Part shown: positions 48,824 to 57,838 of the stretch, piece after piece
Layout: every line of letters starts with the position of its first letter
Numbering within the stretch: the first letter of the stretch is position 1
IMG/VR virus record: IMGVR_UViG_3300017647_000004
Location: 1 to 60,548 of that record
Origin: a virus
Taxonomy: Duplodnaviria; Caudoviricetes
DNA length: 60,548 bases
Strand: one strand, 5' to 3'
Made by a program: the position numbers and the translations under genes
The notes under the pieces: generated by a model
The model's input: only the letters and a program-made list of their open reading frames with translations
What the model was told of the DNA's origin: nothing
Database searches by the model: none

Positions 48824-50368
48824 ATGCCCGTCGTTCGACGTACCCGAGTCAAACCGGCCCCACGCAGCGCGATCCTGGCCGTCAGCGTCCACGAACTGGT
48901 CCCGGACGATACCAACCCCCGGCAACCCGATCCGGCGCGCCTGGGACTGCTACGGCTGTCCCTGGCTAAACTGGGATTCCTGATGCCTGTCTTCCGGCAG
49001 AAGGGCACCAATCTGCTGCTGTCGGGCCACCAACGGTTGACCGTAGCCAAAGACCTGGGCCTGGACACCATCCCCTGCATGGATATCGAACTGGACGAGG
49101 CGGACATCAAGGGGGTCAACATCCTGTTCAACCGGATAACCAACGACTTCAACGCCTTCGACACGGGCGGCAAGGTCGCGGAGAAGCTGGACATGCAGAC
49201 GGTCATCGCGGCGGCCGAGGCGCTGCCCGACAAAGACCCGGAAATCCATGCAGCGTTCCACTGCCGGGACGAACCCATAGCACCTATCGTCCGCAGCGTG
49301 CCCGAGCTATACGACAAGAAGGCCGCGCTGGCGGCGCACACGCTGCTGCGCAAGGGCATCAGGATTCCTGCCGTCGTCACGATCTCCGGGCGTGTCATCA
49401 ACGGCATCCACCGGCTGTTCTCGGCGCTTGAATCCGGCGTCACGTCCTGGCCCATTGTCCGGGTGTCGGATGAGATCGGAGACGTAGCCAGCGCCCTGCT
49501 GAACTACCTGTCGATGGACTACAAGATCGACGGCGAATTCAAAGACCTGTTGCGGGCGGGCGCATTCCGGCGAGCGTCGAACGATAAGGGCACGGTCCCG
49601 AAGTCCTACCGCTTCTGGGCCAACGGATGCCGCACGTTGCTGGACAAGGACAGCTACACGCCGGAAGCATGGAACCATTTCAGGCACACGCACGGCCAGA
49701 ACATCCTCGACTTCGGCGCGGGGCTTTGCAAGGTCGCCCCTTACCTCCAGACGAAGGGCATGAATGCCATCGACTTCGAGCCGTACCGATTTGACCCGGA
49801 CAAGCCGGGCGGCCAGCCTGACCCGGCCTATTCCCGTCAACAGGCGAAGCGGTTTCTGCAATTGATTGCAAACCCCAAGCTGAAGTTCGATTCGATCTTC
49901 CTGTCGGCGGTCATGAACTCGATCCCGTTCCCGGAAGATCGTCTGAAGGTGCTCGCTATCGTCCATGCACTCTGCACGCGCGCCACGGCGGTCTACGGTA
50001 CATGTCGGGACATCTCGGACTTCAACTACGAGTACGGCGGGGAGCGCCGCAGCGTATACTTCGTCATGGATGGTGAGCCTGGGGTTCGCCTAGGCGATGT
50101 CACCAGCCGTCCGAAGCTCCAGAAGTTCCACTCCCAGGCTGAGGCGAAGGAGATGTTCAGCCGCTTCTGGAAGACCGTGGAGTTCTGGCCGGGCGGCAAC
50201 GTCTTCTACTATAAGCTGACCAACGCAGTCGGCGTTAATGCAAAAGTCCTGGCCCAGTCGCTGGAGTTCGAGTTTGATCTGCCCTACCTGGACGGGTCCA
50301 CGATGGGTCTGGTCAAGGAAGCCAAAGAGGCTTTCGCAAAGCGGCTCATGATGGGCCGACTACCGTAG
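48824..50368 (+). CDS. Tandem ParB/Srx domains fused to SAM-dependent methyltransferase-like domain
   Basis: NPR..LLSGHQRL; second VINGIHRL; ILDFGAGL, FDSIFLSAVMNS. Confidence 0.75.
   Translation: MPVVRRTRVKPAPRSAILAVSVHELVPDDTNPRQPDPARLGLLRLSLAKLGFLMPVFRQKGTNLLLSGHQRLTVAKDLGLDTIPCMDIELDEADIKGVNILFNRITNDFNAFDTGGKVAEKLDMQTVIAAAEALPDKDPEIHAAFHCRDEPIAPIVRSVPELYDKKAALAAHTLLRKGIRIPAVVTISGRVINGIHRLFSALESGVTSWPIVRVSDEIGDVASALLNYLSMDYKIDGEFKDLLRAGAFRRASNDKGTVPKSYRFWANGCRTLLDKDSYTPEAWNHFRHTHGQNILDFGAGLCKVAPYLQTKGMNAIDFEPYRFDPDKPGGQPDPAYSRQQAKRFLQLIANPKLKFDSIFLSAVMNSIPFPEDRLKVLAIVHALCTRATAVYGTCRDISDFNYEYGGERRSVYFVMDGEPGVRLGDVTSRPKLQKFHSQAEAKEMFSRFWKTVEFWPGGNVFYYKLTNAVGVNAKVLAQSLEFEFDLPYLDGSTMGLVKEAKEAFAKRLMMGRLP
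49857..49870 (-). repeat. 14-bp dispersed motif copy (in ParB-MTase)
   Basis: TGCAATTGATTGCA on + strand. Confidence 0.9.
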
Positions 50369-50377
50369 GAGAGCATC

Positions 50378-50791
50378 ATGCGAGTACCTTTCAATTACGA
50401 TTTGCGCCGCATCACGTCGCACTGCGTCAACCTCTGCAATGGTCGCATCGACGTATTGGCTGACGACAAGAGCAAGGGCCTGGGCGGCGCGCCCACTGTC
50501 TACTACCTCTCGATCAACCACCCGGAGAAGCCTCTGGCGTTCGGGCAGATACGGGACGAGACCACGCGACTCACGTTCCATCAAGGAGACCCGGCCGAGG
50601 GAACGAAAGGCATCACGCACGAAGCCCTGATCGCAGTCCTGATCGACCGTCTGACAGGGTTCCAGGCAGGGCCATTCGCCAGCAACAACAATGACGACGC
50701 CCTCTACCACCTGAAAGAGGCGCAGAAGGCGTTGCAGCAGCGCACTGAAGAGCGCGCGGCGCGCGGCGTCGAGGGCCAAGCGATTCCATGA
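50378..50791 (+). CDS. Tad1-like (Thoeris anti-defence sponge family) protein
   Basis: GLGGA..Y, F.QG, GITHEALIAVLIDRLTGFQAGPFAS..N..AL.HL.EA...L..R..ER..RGV.G matches recalled Tad1 pattern. Confidence 0.7.
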   Translation: MRVPFNYDLRRITSHCVNLCNGRIDVLADDKSKGLGGAPTVYYLSINHPEKPLAFGQIRDETTRLTFHQGDPAEGTKGITHEALIAVLIDRLTGFQAGPFASNNNDDALYHLKEAQKALQQRTEERAARGVEGQAIP

Positions 50792-50857
50792 TGTCGTGAC
50801 ATTGACTTCAGCCGGGGTTAAGATTGTGCCGTAACTTAATCCCGGCCGAGGTCCATC

Positions 50858-51622
50858 ATGAGTCTCAGCGTCAACGAAGACCCGCAAAAGCCTGTTCACT
50901 TCCCTGCCGATCCCGACAAGTTCGTTTTCGACAACGAGGTCACGGCGATTTTCCCGAACATGGCAAAGCGGTCGATCCCGCACTTCTACGAAGCACACGC
51001 CATGCATGCTCGCATGCTGGCCGCCTGGGTCCAACGCCCTGGTCTCCAGATCGCCGACTTCGGCGCATCGCGCGGCGCGTTCATCGACGCTCTGCGGAAC
51101 TGCTACGGCCCCGGCATTGTCAAGCACGTCTGCGCCGCCGATATCTCCGACTCGATGTGCAGTCGCTTGGAAGCTGACTTCCCGGACGCCAGGGTTCACC
51201 GCATGGACATCACCAGCGCCGAGTTCCTGTCGGACGACAACCGTTCGTCGTTCGATATCATCAACCTGAACTACGTCCTGCAATTCGTTCCGCCGACCCT
51301 TCAGGATTGCGTCCTGACCAAGATACTGGATATGGTCAAGCCGGGCGGCGTCCTCATCTATGGCACGAAGGAAGACGACAACACGCCGCTGGGCGCGCTA
51401 CTGCATGAGCAGTACATCCAGTTCCGGCTGGACAACGGCTACACCCGCGAAGAGATCGTGGCAAAGTCGGCGGCCCTGAAGAATTCGATGTGGCCCACGA
51501 ACCGCCTCTGGTTCCTCGGCCGCTTGGCTTCTTCCGGCTTCAGCGTCCGCGAGACCACGCGCTACGCGGTCTTCGCCACCTACTTCGCCATTCGGGACGG
51601 AGGCAACCATGGCGCAGGATGA
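50858..51622 (+). CDS. CmoA-like SAM-dependent transferase
   Basis: FVFDNEVTAIFPNMAKRSIP, DFGASRG, LNYVLQFV, KPGG.L, NGYTREEI. Confidence 0.78.
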   Translation: MSLSVNEDPQKPVHFPADPDKFVFDNEVTAIFPNMAKRSIPHFYEAHAMHARMLAAWVQRPGLQIADFGASRGAFIDALRNCYGPGIVKHVCAADISDSMCSRLEADFPDARVHRMDITSAEFLSDDNRSSFDIINLNYVLQFVPPTLQDCVLTKILDMVKPGGVLIYGTKEDDNTPLGALLHEQYIQFRLDNGYTREEIVAKSAALKNSMWPTNRLWFLGRLASSGFSVRETTRYAVFATYFAIRDGGNHGAG

Positions 51623-52445
51623 TGCCAACACCCCGCAACGGCGCGTCGTGCTTCGGCGCGGCCGCCAGGGCGGCGGCTTCGGCGGGGGCGGAGTACGTGG
51701 CTCCGGTCCGGTCCAGGGCATGCCTCGCAGCCATCACGAGGAAGACGAGGTAGACGACGCCATCGACCCGCACCGGATGAACCAAGCGGTCCGCACTCTG
51801 CCCGCTCCTGGCCCGCAGGGCGGCCCGCCCCCGGACGATCCCGATAACCCGCAGAACCGCCTCTTCCAGGTCGCGGCGGCGGGCAGCAGCGCCTATGCCA
51901 AGGAGTATCGACTGCAACTGCTGCATCGCCTGCTGCTGCGGCGCGTACCCCTGGATCAAATCGCGCGGCAACTGGGCGTCTCCATCTCCACCGTCGAGAA
52001 GGACCGGGCCGAACTGAAGAAGCGGTTGCGCGAGGCGGCGCGGGAACTCGATATCAACGAGATGATTGGCAACCAGACCGAACTCTACGACGAGATATCG
52101 GGCATGGGCCTGCGCATCGCTAGTAGCGATGCTCCGACGCCGATGAAGCTGGCGGCCATGCGTACCTCGCTCGCGGCCAACGCGGACAAGGCGCGCTTCT
52201 ATCAGTCGGCCGGCGTCTTCGATGTCCTGCGCTATCGCCGGTCGGAAGACGGCTCCAGCATCTCGGATGTCCACCAACTCATGGAGAACACCGAGCGCAT
52301 GCTGCAAGTCCTGATGGAGGGCGATGATGCTGCCGATGGTGGCCGTCGCCGCGACCCACCTGCGCCCAGGCGTCGCCGTACGCGCGGCTTCCGGGATTTC
52401 CAGGACACCGACTCCAACGACCATGCGGAAGTTGTCGAACTATGA
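51609..52445 (+). CDS. Terminase small subunit candidate (HTH)
   Basis: LDQIARQLGVSISTVEKD HTH; overlaps terL start (ATGA). Confidence 0.6.
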   Translation: MAQDDANTPQRRVVLRRGRQGGGFGGGGVRGSGPVQGMPRSHHEEDEVDDAIDPHRMNQAVRTLPAPGPQGGPPPDDPDNPQNRLFQVAAAGSSAYAKEYRLQLLHRLLLRRVPLDQIARQLGVSISTVEKDRAELKKRLREAARELDINEMIGNQTELYDEISGMGLRIASSDAPTPMKLAAMRTSLAANADKARFYQSAGVFDVLRYRRSEDGSSISDVHQLMENTERMLQVLMEGDDAADGGRRRDPPAPRRRRTRGFRDFQDTDSNDHAEVVEL

Positions 52446-54346
52446 ATGCACCACTGAATCGCCGGGCGACGCGCTTCCTTGAAGAAGTCGAGGCCGTCGC
52501 CCAAGGCATGAACAACGAGATGTTCGGGGAGATGTACCTCACCGCCGTCAAGAACTTCATGCACGGCGACCCGACGCTGTTTCGGTTTGTCAAGCAACTG
52601 GAGCGCCCGCCTGTCTCCATCCAGGAGTTCATGGACTCCCCGGAGTTCCTGGGTGCGACCGACCTGAACATCTGGCCCGAGGTCCGCAAGGCGCTGATCG
52701 AGATCAACCAGAACTGGTGGCGCGGCGTTGATTATGGGGCGTACGACGAGGGCCTGATGATGGGCGCGACTGGCACGGCCAAGTCCACCATCTCCATGGT
52801 CTCGATCATGTACCACACCTATCTGCTGGGCTGCTGCAAGAACCCGCAGGCTATCTACGGTCTCCCGAAGCAAACGTCCATCGTTTTCCCGATCATGGGC
52901 GCGAAGCCCCACGTCGTGAACAAGGTCGTTTATGCCCCGATGCGCAAGTTCATCGAGGCCATGCCCTACTTCCAGAAGTTCATGCCGCCGTCCAAGCTGA
53001 TCGACAGCGAAATGTACTTCGAGGAAAAGAACATCCGAATCGTCCGGGCAGGCGGCGACGAAGACGCCATCCTGGGTGAAGCCGTCATCGGCGGGATGAT
53101 CGACGAAATCAACTTCATGCAGGTTGTCCAGCGGTCCAAGAAGGCCGAGGTCAGCACCGGGCGGGCGGGCCTGTACGATCAGGCCGAGCAGGTCCACCAC
53201 CGGATGGTCACCCGGAAGAAAGGCCGCTTCCAGAAGCCCGGCAACTTCCCCATGATGGGCATCATCTTCCCGTCCTCGTCCACCCGGTACAAGGGCGACT
53301 TCACCGACAAGCGCAAGGCGTTCGTCGAGCGCAACAAGATCAAATCCACCTACATCTACAACAAGCGACAGTACGATGTCGTCCCGCAGGATCGCTTCAG
53401 CGGCGAGAAGTTCCGCCTGCTGATAGGCAATGACCTGCAACACGATACGCGCGTCCTGGAGCCTGGAGAGACGGTCCCGAAGGGGGCCTGGGTCGAGCAA
53501 GTCCCGGTCGAGTACCTGGAAGCGTTCCGCGACAAGCCGTACGACACGCTGCGCGACGTTCTGGGCATCTCCCACAACGCACTGTCTCCGTTCATCAAGA
53601 GCCGGCACAAGGTCTACGAATGCGTCGAGGCCGGGCGGGAAGAGGGCCTGGAGTCGTTCCTGGTCAAGGATCACGTCATCCTTGGCATCGACGGCATGCT
53701 CCAGGTCAAGCAGCACCACTACTGCGGCAACCCGTCACGCCCCCGTTACGTCCATATCGACTTGTCCATCAACGGCGACCGATGCGGCGTGGCAATGGTC
53801 TGCTTCACGGGCCTGATCGAGGTAGAGCGCCAGGGCCTGCGCGAGTTGATGCCCACGGCGCGCCTGGAGATGGCGGCGACCATTGAGCCGGACGCCAACA
53901 ACGAGATCGACATTGCAGAGGTTCGGGCGTTCGTCGCCCAGCTTCGCAACCGCTACGGCTACCCGATCAAGGGCGTCTCTTACGACGGATTCAATTCTCG
54001 TGAATCCATCCAGGCATGGCGAAAGGCCGGCATGAAAGCTACACTGCTTTCCGTCGATAGGACCGACGTACCGTACAAGCAATTCCGAGATGCGATGTAC
54101 GACGGTCGTATCCTGTTGCTCGATGATGCGGTCTTGCTGGACGAGATCGTCAACCTGGAACACGACACCAAAACCGGCAAGGTCGATCACCCCGTCACGG
54201 GCAGCAAAGACGTATCCGATGCTGTTTGCGGGGCGTATACCAACATGCTCGAACGTCGCTCGACCTGGATGGCCGGCAGTGATGATCGGGACAGCGACGG
54301 CCGGTACATCGGCGGGGAAAGATATTCGGGCGAGCGGCGTTTTTGA
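52442..54346 (+). CDS. Terminase large subunit
   Basis: GATGTAKS (Walker A), GMIDE (Walker B), HIDLS and DH...SKDVSDA nuclease motifs. Confidence 0.8.
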   Translation: MNAPLNRRATRFLEEVEAVAQGMNNEMFGEMYLTAVKNFMHGDPTLFRFVKQLERPPVSIQEFMDSPEFLGATDLNIWPEVRKALIEINQNWWRGVDYGAYDEGLMMGATGTAKSTISMVSIMYHTYLLGCCKNPQAIYGLPKQTSIVFPIMGAKPHVVNKVVYAPMRKFIEAMPYFQKFMPPSKLIDSEMYFEEKNIRIVRAGGDEDAILGEAVIGGMIDEINFMQVVQRSKKAEVSTGRAGLYDQAEQVHHRMVTRKKGRFQKPGNFPMMGIIFPSSSTRYKGDFTDKRKAFVERNKIKSTYIYNKRQYDVVPQDRFSGEKFRLLIGNDLQHDTRVLEPGETVPKGAWVEQVPVEYLEAFRDKPYDTLRDVLGISHNALSPFIKSRHKVYECVEAGREEGLESFLVKDHVILGIDGMLQVKQHHYCGNPSRPRYVHIDLSINGDRCGVAMVCFTGLIEVERQGLRELMPTARLEMAATIEPDANNEIDIAEVRAFVAQLRNRYGYPIKGVSYDGFNSRESIQAWRKAGMKATLLSVDRTDVPYKQFRDAMYDGRILLLDDAVLLDEIVNLEHDTKTGKVDHPVTGSKDVSDAVCGAYTNMLERRSTWMAGSDDRDSDGRYIGGERYSGERRF

Positions 54347-54357
54347 AATTGATTGCA
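54344..54357 (-). repeat. 14-bp dispersed motif copy (TGA is terL stop)
   Basis: TGAAATTGATTGCA on + strand. Confidence 0.9.
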
Positions 54358-54403
54358 CGCGACCCCACGGAGCAGTAGGTACACTCACGCAAGGAAAAGC
54401 ATC

Positions 54404-55396
54404 ATGCAACAATACACGGATTTGGTACAGGATGTTCTCGTCAACGGGCAGGTACGTCAGGATCGGACCGGCGTAGGCACCATCGGGGTCTTCGGGCGGA
54501 CCCTGAACTTCGATCTGGGCGAGGGTTTCCCCATCGTCACTGTCAAGGAAACCAATTTCAAAGCCATCGCGGCCGAACTCGTGGGGTTCATTCGCGGCTT
54601 CGACAGCGCCAAGCAGTTCCGCGATGCTGGCACCAAGATATGGGACGCCAACGCCAACGCTCCCGGCCTGGAAGGGCACCGCAATCCCTGGCTGAACAAC
54701 CCCGTCAGGAAGGGCGAGGACGATCTTGGTCGCATCTATGGCGTCCAATGGCGCGGCTGGAAGGGACCGGCTAGGCCCGAGCCAGTAAGGGAGCCGCATA
54801 GCGGCGAGGTTGCCCCAGCGGATGGCTGGTGGGGGCCGGGTTTGGAGGTCGATCAACTGGACAACCTGCTGCACGACCTTGCCAGCAACCCGTACAGCCG
54901 TCGCCATCTCGTCACGGCATGGAATCCTGGTGAACTGGATCAGATGGCGCTGCCGCCCTGCCACTATGCGTTCCAATGCTACATGCGCGAAGACGGCCAG
55001 GGCGGGTTCTTCCTGGACATGATGGTCCACATGCGCAGCGTCGATGTCTTCCTGGGCCTGCCTTTCAACATCTCCAGCTATGCGGCGCTGACGCACTGGA
55101 TCGCGCACATGGTCACGGTCTGGGGCAATTCGTCCGGGCGCGTCGTCTACCCCGGGCGGCTCATCATGACCCTGGGCGACACGCATATCTACCTCAACCA
55201 CGTCAACGCGGCCAAGCTGATGCTAACCCGCAACTCGAAGTGGAGATGCGCGCACCCGGCAGACGCCGCGTTCCTCATGGCCCCTCGCTTGACTATCGAC
55301 CCGGAACTGGACAGCTACGAGAAGACGGTGGCCGACTCTTTCATCCTCATGGGTTACTATCCCCACAAGCCCATCAGAGTCCCGATGGCTGTCTGA
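54404..55396 (+). CDS. thyA: Thymidylate synthase
   Basis: DRTGVGT, LGRIYGVQWR, SRR, MALPPCH, RSVDVFLGLPFNI, GDTHIY. Confidence 0.93.
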   Translation: MQQYTDLVQDVLVNGQVRQDRTGVGTIGVFGRTLNFDLGEGFPIVTVKETNFKAIAAELVGFIRGFDSAKQFRDAGTKIWDANANAPGLEGHRNPWLNNPVRKGEDDLGRIYGVQWRGWKGPARPEPVREPHSGEVAPADGWWGPGLEVDQLDNLLHDLASNPYSRRHLVTAWNPGELDQMALPPCHYAFQCYMREDGQGGFFLDMMVHMRSVDVFLGLPFNISSYAALTHWIAHMVTVWGNSSGRVVYPGRLIMTLGDTHIYLNHVNAAKLMLTRNSKWRCAHPADAAFLMAPRLTIDPELDSYEKTVADSFILMGYYPHKPIRVPMAV

Positions 55397-55450
55397 CCAT
55401 TGCGCCGCGCCTGCGGGCGCGGTAGCATCTCTTAACTACTGGGGGATGAA

Positions 55451-56017
55451 ATGCTACTGAGCTACGTCGAGTTGAGGGGACTGGCCGAGCGGGGCGTCGT
55501 CACTGACGTTCAGGATGACGCTATCAACGCGGCCAGCATCGACGTACGGCTGGGGCGGGAGATCATGGTCGAAGACCTGGATGTCTGCCGGAACCGTTAC
55601 TCCGGCCAGACCTGTCGGGTCGTCGATCTGTCGAAGCGCGAATCGCTCTCCATGCGCCGCATACGCATCCTGGGCGAGGGCGGCTATCGCCTGAATCCGG
55701 GGCAGTTCATCCTGGCGCACACCATGGAGATGTTCAATCTCCCGAATGACATCTCCGCACAGTTCCTGCTGAAGTCGAGCATGGCCCGCGCGGGGCTGGA
55801 TCACCTGTCCGCCACATGGTGCGACGCCGGCTGGCACGGCTCACGTCTCACCCTGGAACTTCGCAACGTCACCGAGTCCCATATCCTGCTGCTGAAGCCG
55901 GGCATGTTCATCGGGCAGATGAAGTTCTACCGGCATACTCCAGTACCGGATGACAAATCCTACGCAGCGCGTGGGCGGTACAACAACGACGAAACCGTCG
56001 CAGGGATCAAGGAATGA
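55451..56017 (+). CDS. dcd: dCTP deaminase
   Basis: INAASIDVRLG, FILAHT.E, KSSMARAG, DAGWHG..TLEL, GQMKF. Confidence 0.88.
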   Translation: MLLSYVELRGLAERGVVTDVQDDAINAASIDVRLGREIMVEDLDVCRNRYSGQTCRVVDLSKRESLSMRRIRILGEGGYRLNPGQFILAHTMEMFNLPNDISAQFLLKSSMARAGLDHLSATWCDAGWHGSRLTLELRNVTESHILLLKPGMFIGQMKFYRHTPVPDDKSYAARGRYNNDETVAGIKE

Positions 56018-56094
56018 ACTGGGAAGATACCGCCGTTATCGCGGTATGGCTGGTCATTTCTGCGTCCTTTTGGGCAGGGGTACTATCGCTATGA
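56014..56094 (+). CDS. 26-aa single-TM microprotein (absent from ORF track)
   Basis: MNWEDTAVIAVWLVISASFWAGVLSL; ATGA overlaps with both neighbours. Confidence 0.5.
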   Translation: MNWEDTAVIAVWLVISASFWAGVLSL

Positions 56095-56432
56095 TCGCGG
56101 AAGAAGACATCGACGTTGACGACGAGTTCGATCTGGAGGTTTTGCTGGACGCTCTCAGCGCGGACGATACGCTCGACCTGGGCTATCGGCATGCGCTCTG
56201 TGAGCGGCTGGTCACGACATCCGAACTCTGGATTGTCGAACTGTACACGTACTTCGCTGGCATCCGGGATATCGACGGGCACCGGCACAACCAATACGGC
56301 GTGACTATCCCCGGATTTACGACGTTTCTCGTCGGCTCGGCCGATGACCTCAGCGGAGCATTCAGACTCTGCGAGATGCTAGAAAAGAAAGGGGTCGTTC
56401 ACATCTATCCCGCAATGATGCAACGACAGTGA
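56091..56432 (+). CDS. Hypothetical protein
   Basis: ATG 56091, acidic N-terminus. Confidence 0.55.
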   Translation: MIAEEDIDVDDEFDLEVLLDALSADDTLDLGYRHALCERLVTTSELWIVELYTYFAGIRDIDGHRHNQYGVTIPGFTTFLVGSADDLSGAFRLCEMLEKKGVVHIYPAMMQRQ

Positions 56433-56439
56433 GGGCAGT

Positions 56440-57222
56440 ATGGGTAAGCAACGATGGGCTGAAGACCAAACGCAAGATTGGAGAGGTATGAGGAAGGATC
56501 AACAGGCAAGGAACGAGGGGCCTGACAAGCGCAATTGGACTCGGCACGATCTACGCGATATCCGACCCCGAACCGAGCGACAGCGCGACGCCATACGAAG
56601 CTACCTGGAGGGCAACGACATCGCCATGCTTGGCACGGCCGGCACGGGCAAGAGCCTCGTGGCCCTCTACCTTGCAGCGCACTCGCTCACGGACGAACGG
56701 CAGGCCATCGAGCAGATCATCGTCATCCGCGCACCTGTCCCCGCCATCGACCAAGGCTTCCTGCCGGGAGACCTGGACGAGAAGCAGGCCGTCTACGAAG
56801 ACCCGTACCCGCCGTTGCTCGCCAAGCTGTTTGGGCCAGCGACGACGTACGAGAAGATGAAGGCGGCCGGCAAGCTGGTATTCAGGACGCCTTCGTATCT
56901 GCGCGGGGTCACGTTCGACAACGCCGTCGTCGTCCTGGAGGAAGTCCAGAACTGCGCCTTCGAGCACATCGACACGGTGATGACGCGCCTGGGCGAGAAC
57001 TCCCGCATCATCGTCACCGGGGATACTCGCCAAATGGACCTGAACCGGACGCACGGCTATGCCAGCGGCATCCGGGACTTCATTCAAGTGTCCAGGGACA
57101 TGAACGACTTCGAGATCGTAGAATTCAACAAACACGATATCGTTCGCGGCCCGCGCGTCCGAAGTTGGATCACGGCCTGCGAGTCGCTTGTCGATTCCCG
57201 TAAACCCGAACCGGCTCTCTAA
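56440..57222 (+). CDS. phoH: PhoH-family ATPase
   Basis: GTAGTGKS, GFLPGDLDEK, YLRGVTF, EEVQN, TRLGENS, TGD..Q.D, DIVR. Confidence 0.92.
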   Translation: MGKQRWAEDQTQDWRGMRKDQQARNEGPDKRNWTRHDLRDIRPRTERQRDAIRSYLEGNDIAMLGTAGTGKSLVALYLAAHSLTDERQAIEQIIVIRAPVPAIDQGFLPGDLDEKQAVYEDPYPPLLAKLFGPATTYEKMKAAGKLVFRTPSYLRGVTFDNAVVVLEEVQNCAFEHIDTVMTRLGENSRIIVTGDTRQMDLNRTHGYASGIRDFIQVSRDMNDFEIVEFNKHDIVRGPRVRSWITACESLVDSRKPEPAL

Positions 57223-57224
57223 CC

Positions 57225-57392
57225 ATGGACACGCCCTCGATCATCGCCTCAACCTCCGCTATCGTTTATGCCGTGGGTCTCGGCGCGGGGGCGCTCCTGA
57301 TGTACTGTCGTAGCCACGTCGAGCGCATGCACCGTTTGCAATTGATTGCAGCGATGCGCCTCGATCTCGCCTTGGCCCGTCGCGGCCTTTAA
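57225..57392 (+). CDS. 55-aa membrane microprotein (absent from ORF track)
   Basis: MDTPSIIASTSAIVYAVGLGAGALLMYC...; fills gap after phoH. Confidence 0.5.
   Translation: MDTPSIIASTSAIVYAVGLGAGALLMYCRSHVERMHRLQLIAAMRLDLALARRGL
57337..57350 (-). repeat. 14-bp dispersed motif copy (in microprotein ORF)
   Basis: TGCAATTGATTGCA on + strand. Confidence 0.9.
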
Positions 57393-57410
57393 CTCTGGAG
57401 CATTAGGTAT

Positions 57411-57626
57411 ATGGCAACCAACACACTCGGCATCCTCTTGTCGCTCGCTGCGCAGGGTCTGGCAGCGTCCAACCCCAAACGCTACCGCGAAATCAAGAAC
57501 AAGTCCGAAGAGCGCCGCTTGGCTCGCATCCGCAGCATTCCGCTGGGCGAGGTCACTCCGGTTGCCCATGGCGGCGGTAAGCCCTGGGCGGGCAAGAAAT
57601 CCAAGAAGAAGGCCGCGCGGAAATGA
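57411..57626 (+). CDS. Small basic hypothetical protein
   Basis: AGGT RBS; Lys-rich C-terminus. Confidence 0.55.
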   Translation: MATNTLGILLSLAAQGLAASNPKRYREIKNKSEERRLARIRSIPLGEVTPVAHGGGKPWAGKKSKKKAARK

Positions 57627-57838
57627 AAAACCGCCTGTCGCCCTGCCCGCACTGCAAGCCTGCAACCCAGCCCGTCGTGCAGCAAACGCGGATGATGGGT
57701 TGGTCCTGCTACTGCCCTACCTGCCACGCTGGCCCTGACGAAGGGACGTTCCGTCGCAGGGATGCTGAATCGAAGTGGGATCGCTACTGCCTCGAACACC
57801 AAACGAAGGAGAGCAAAGATGCTCCTGGGCATACCTGA
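57623..57838 (+). CDS. Zn-ribbon protein, Lar (restriction alleviation)-like
   Basis: LSPCPHC...CPTCHA.GP...A...WD pattern. Confidence 0.55.
   Translation: MKNRLSPCPHCKPATQPVVQQTRMMGWSCYCPTCHAGPDEGTFRRRDAESKWDRYCLEHQTKESKDAPGHT

Noticed and set aside
54404-55396. thyA as a hypermodification (hydroxymethylase) enzyme
   Set aside because: Retains canonical PPCH and dUMP-specifying PFN motifs; no glycosyltransferase or kinase partner seen nearby
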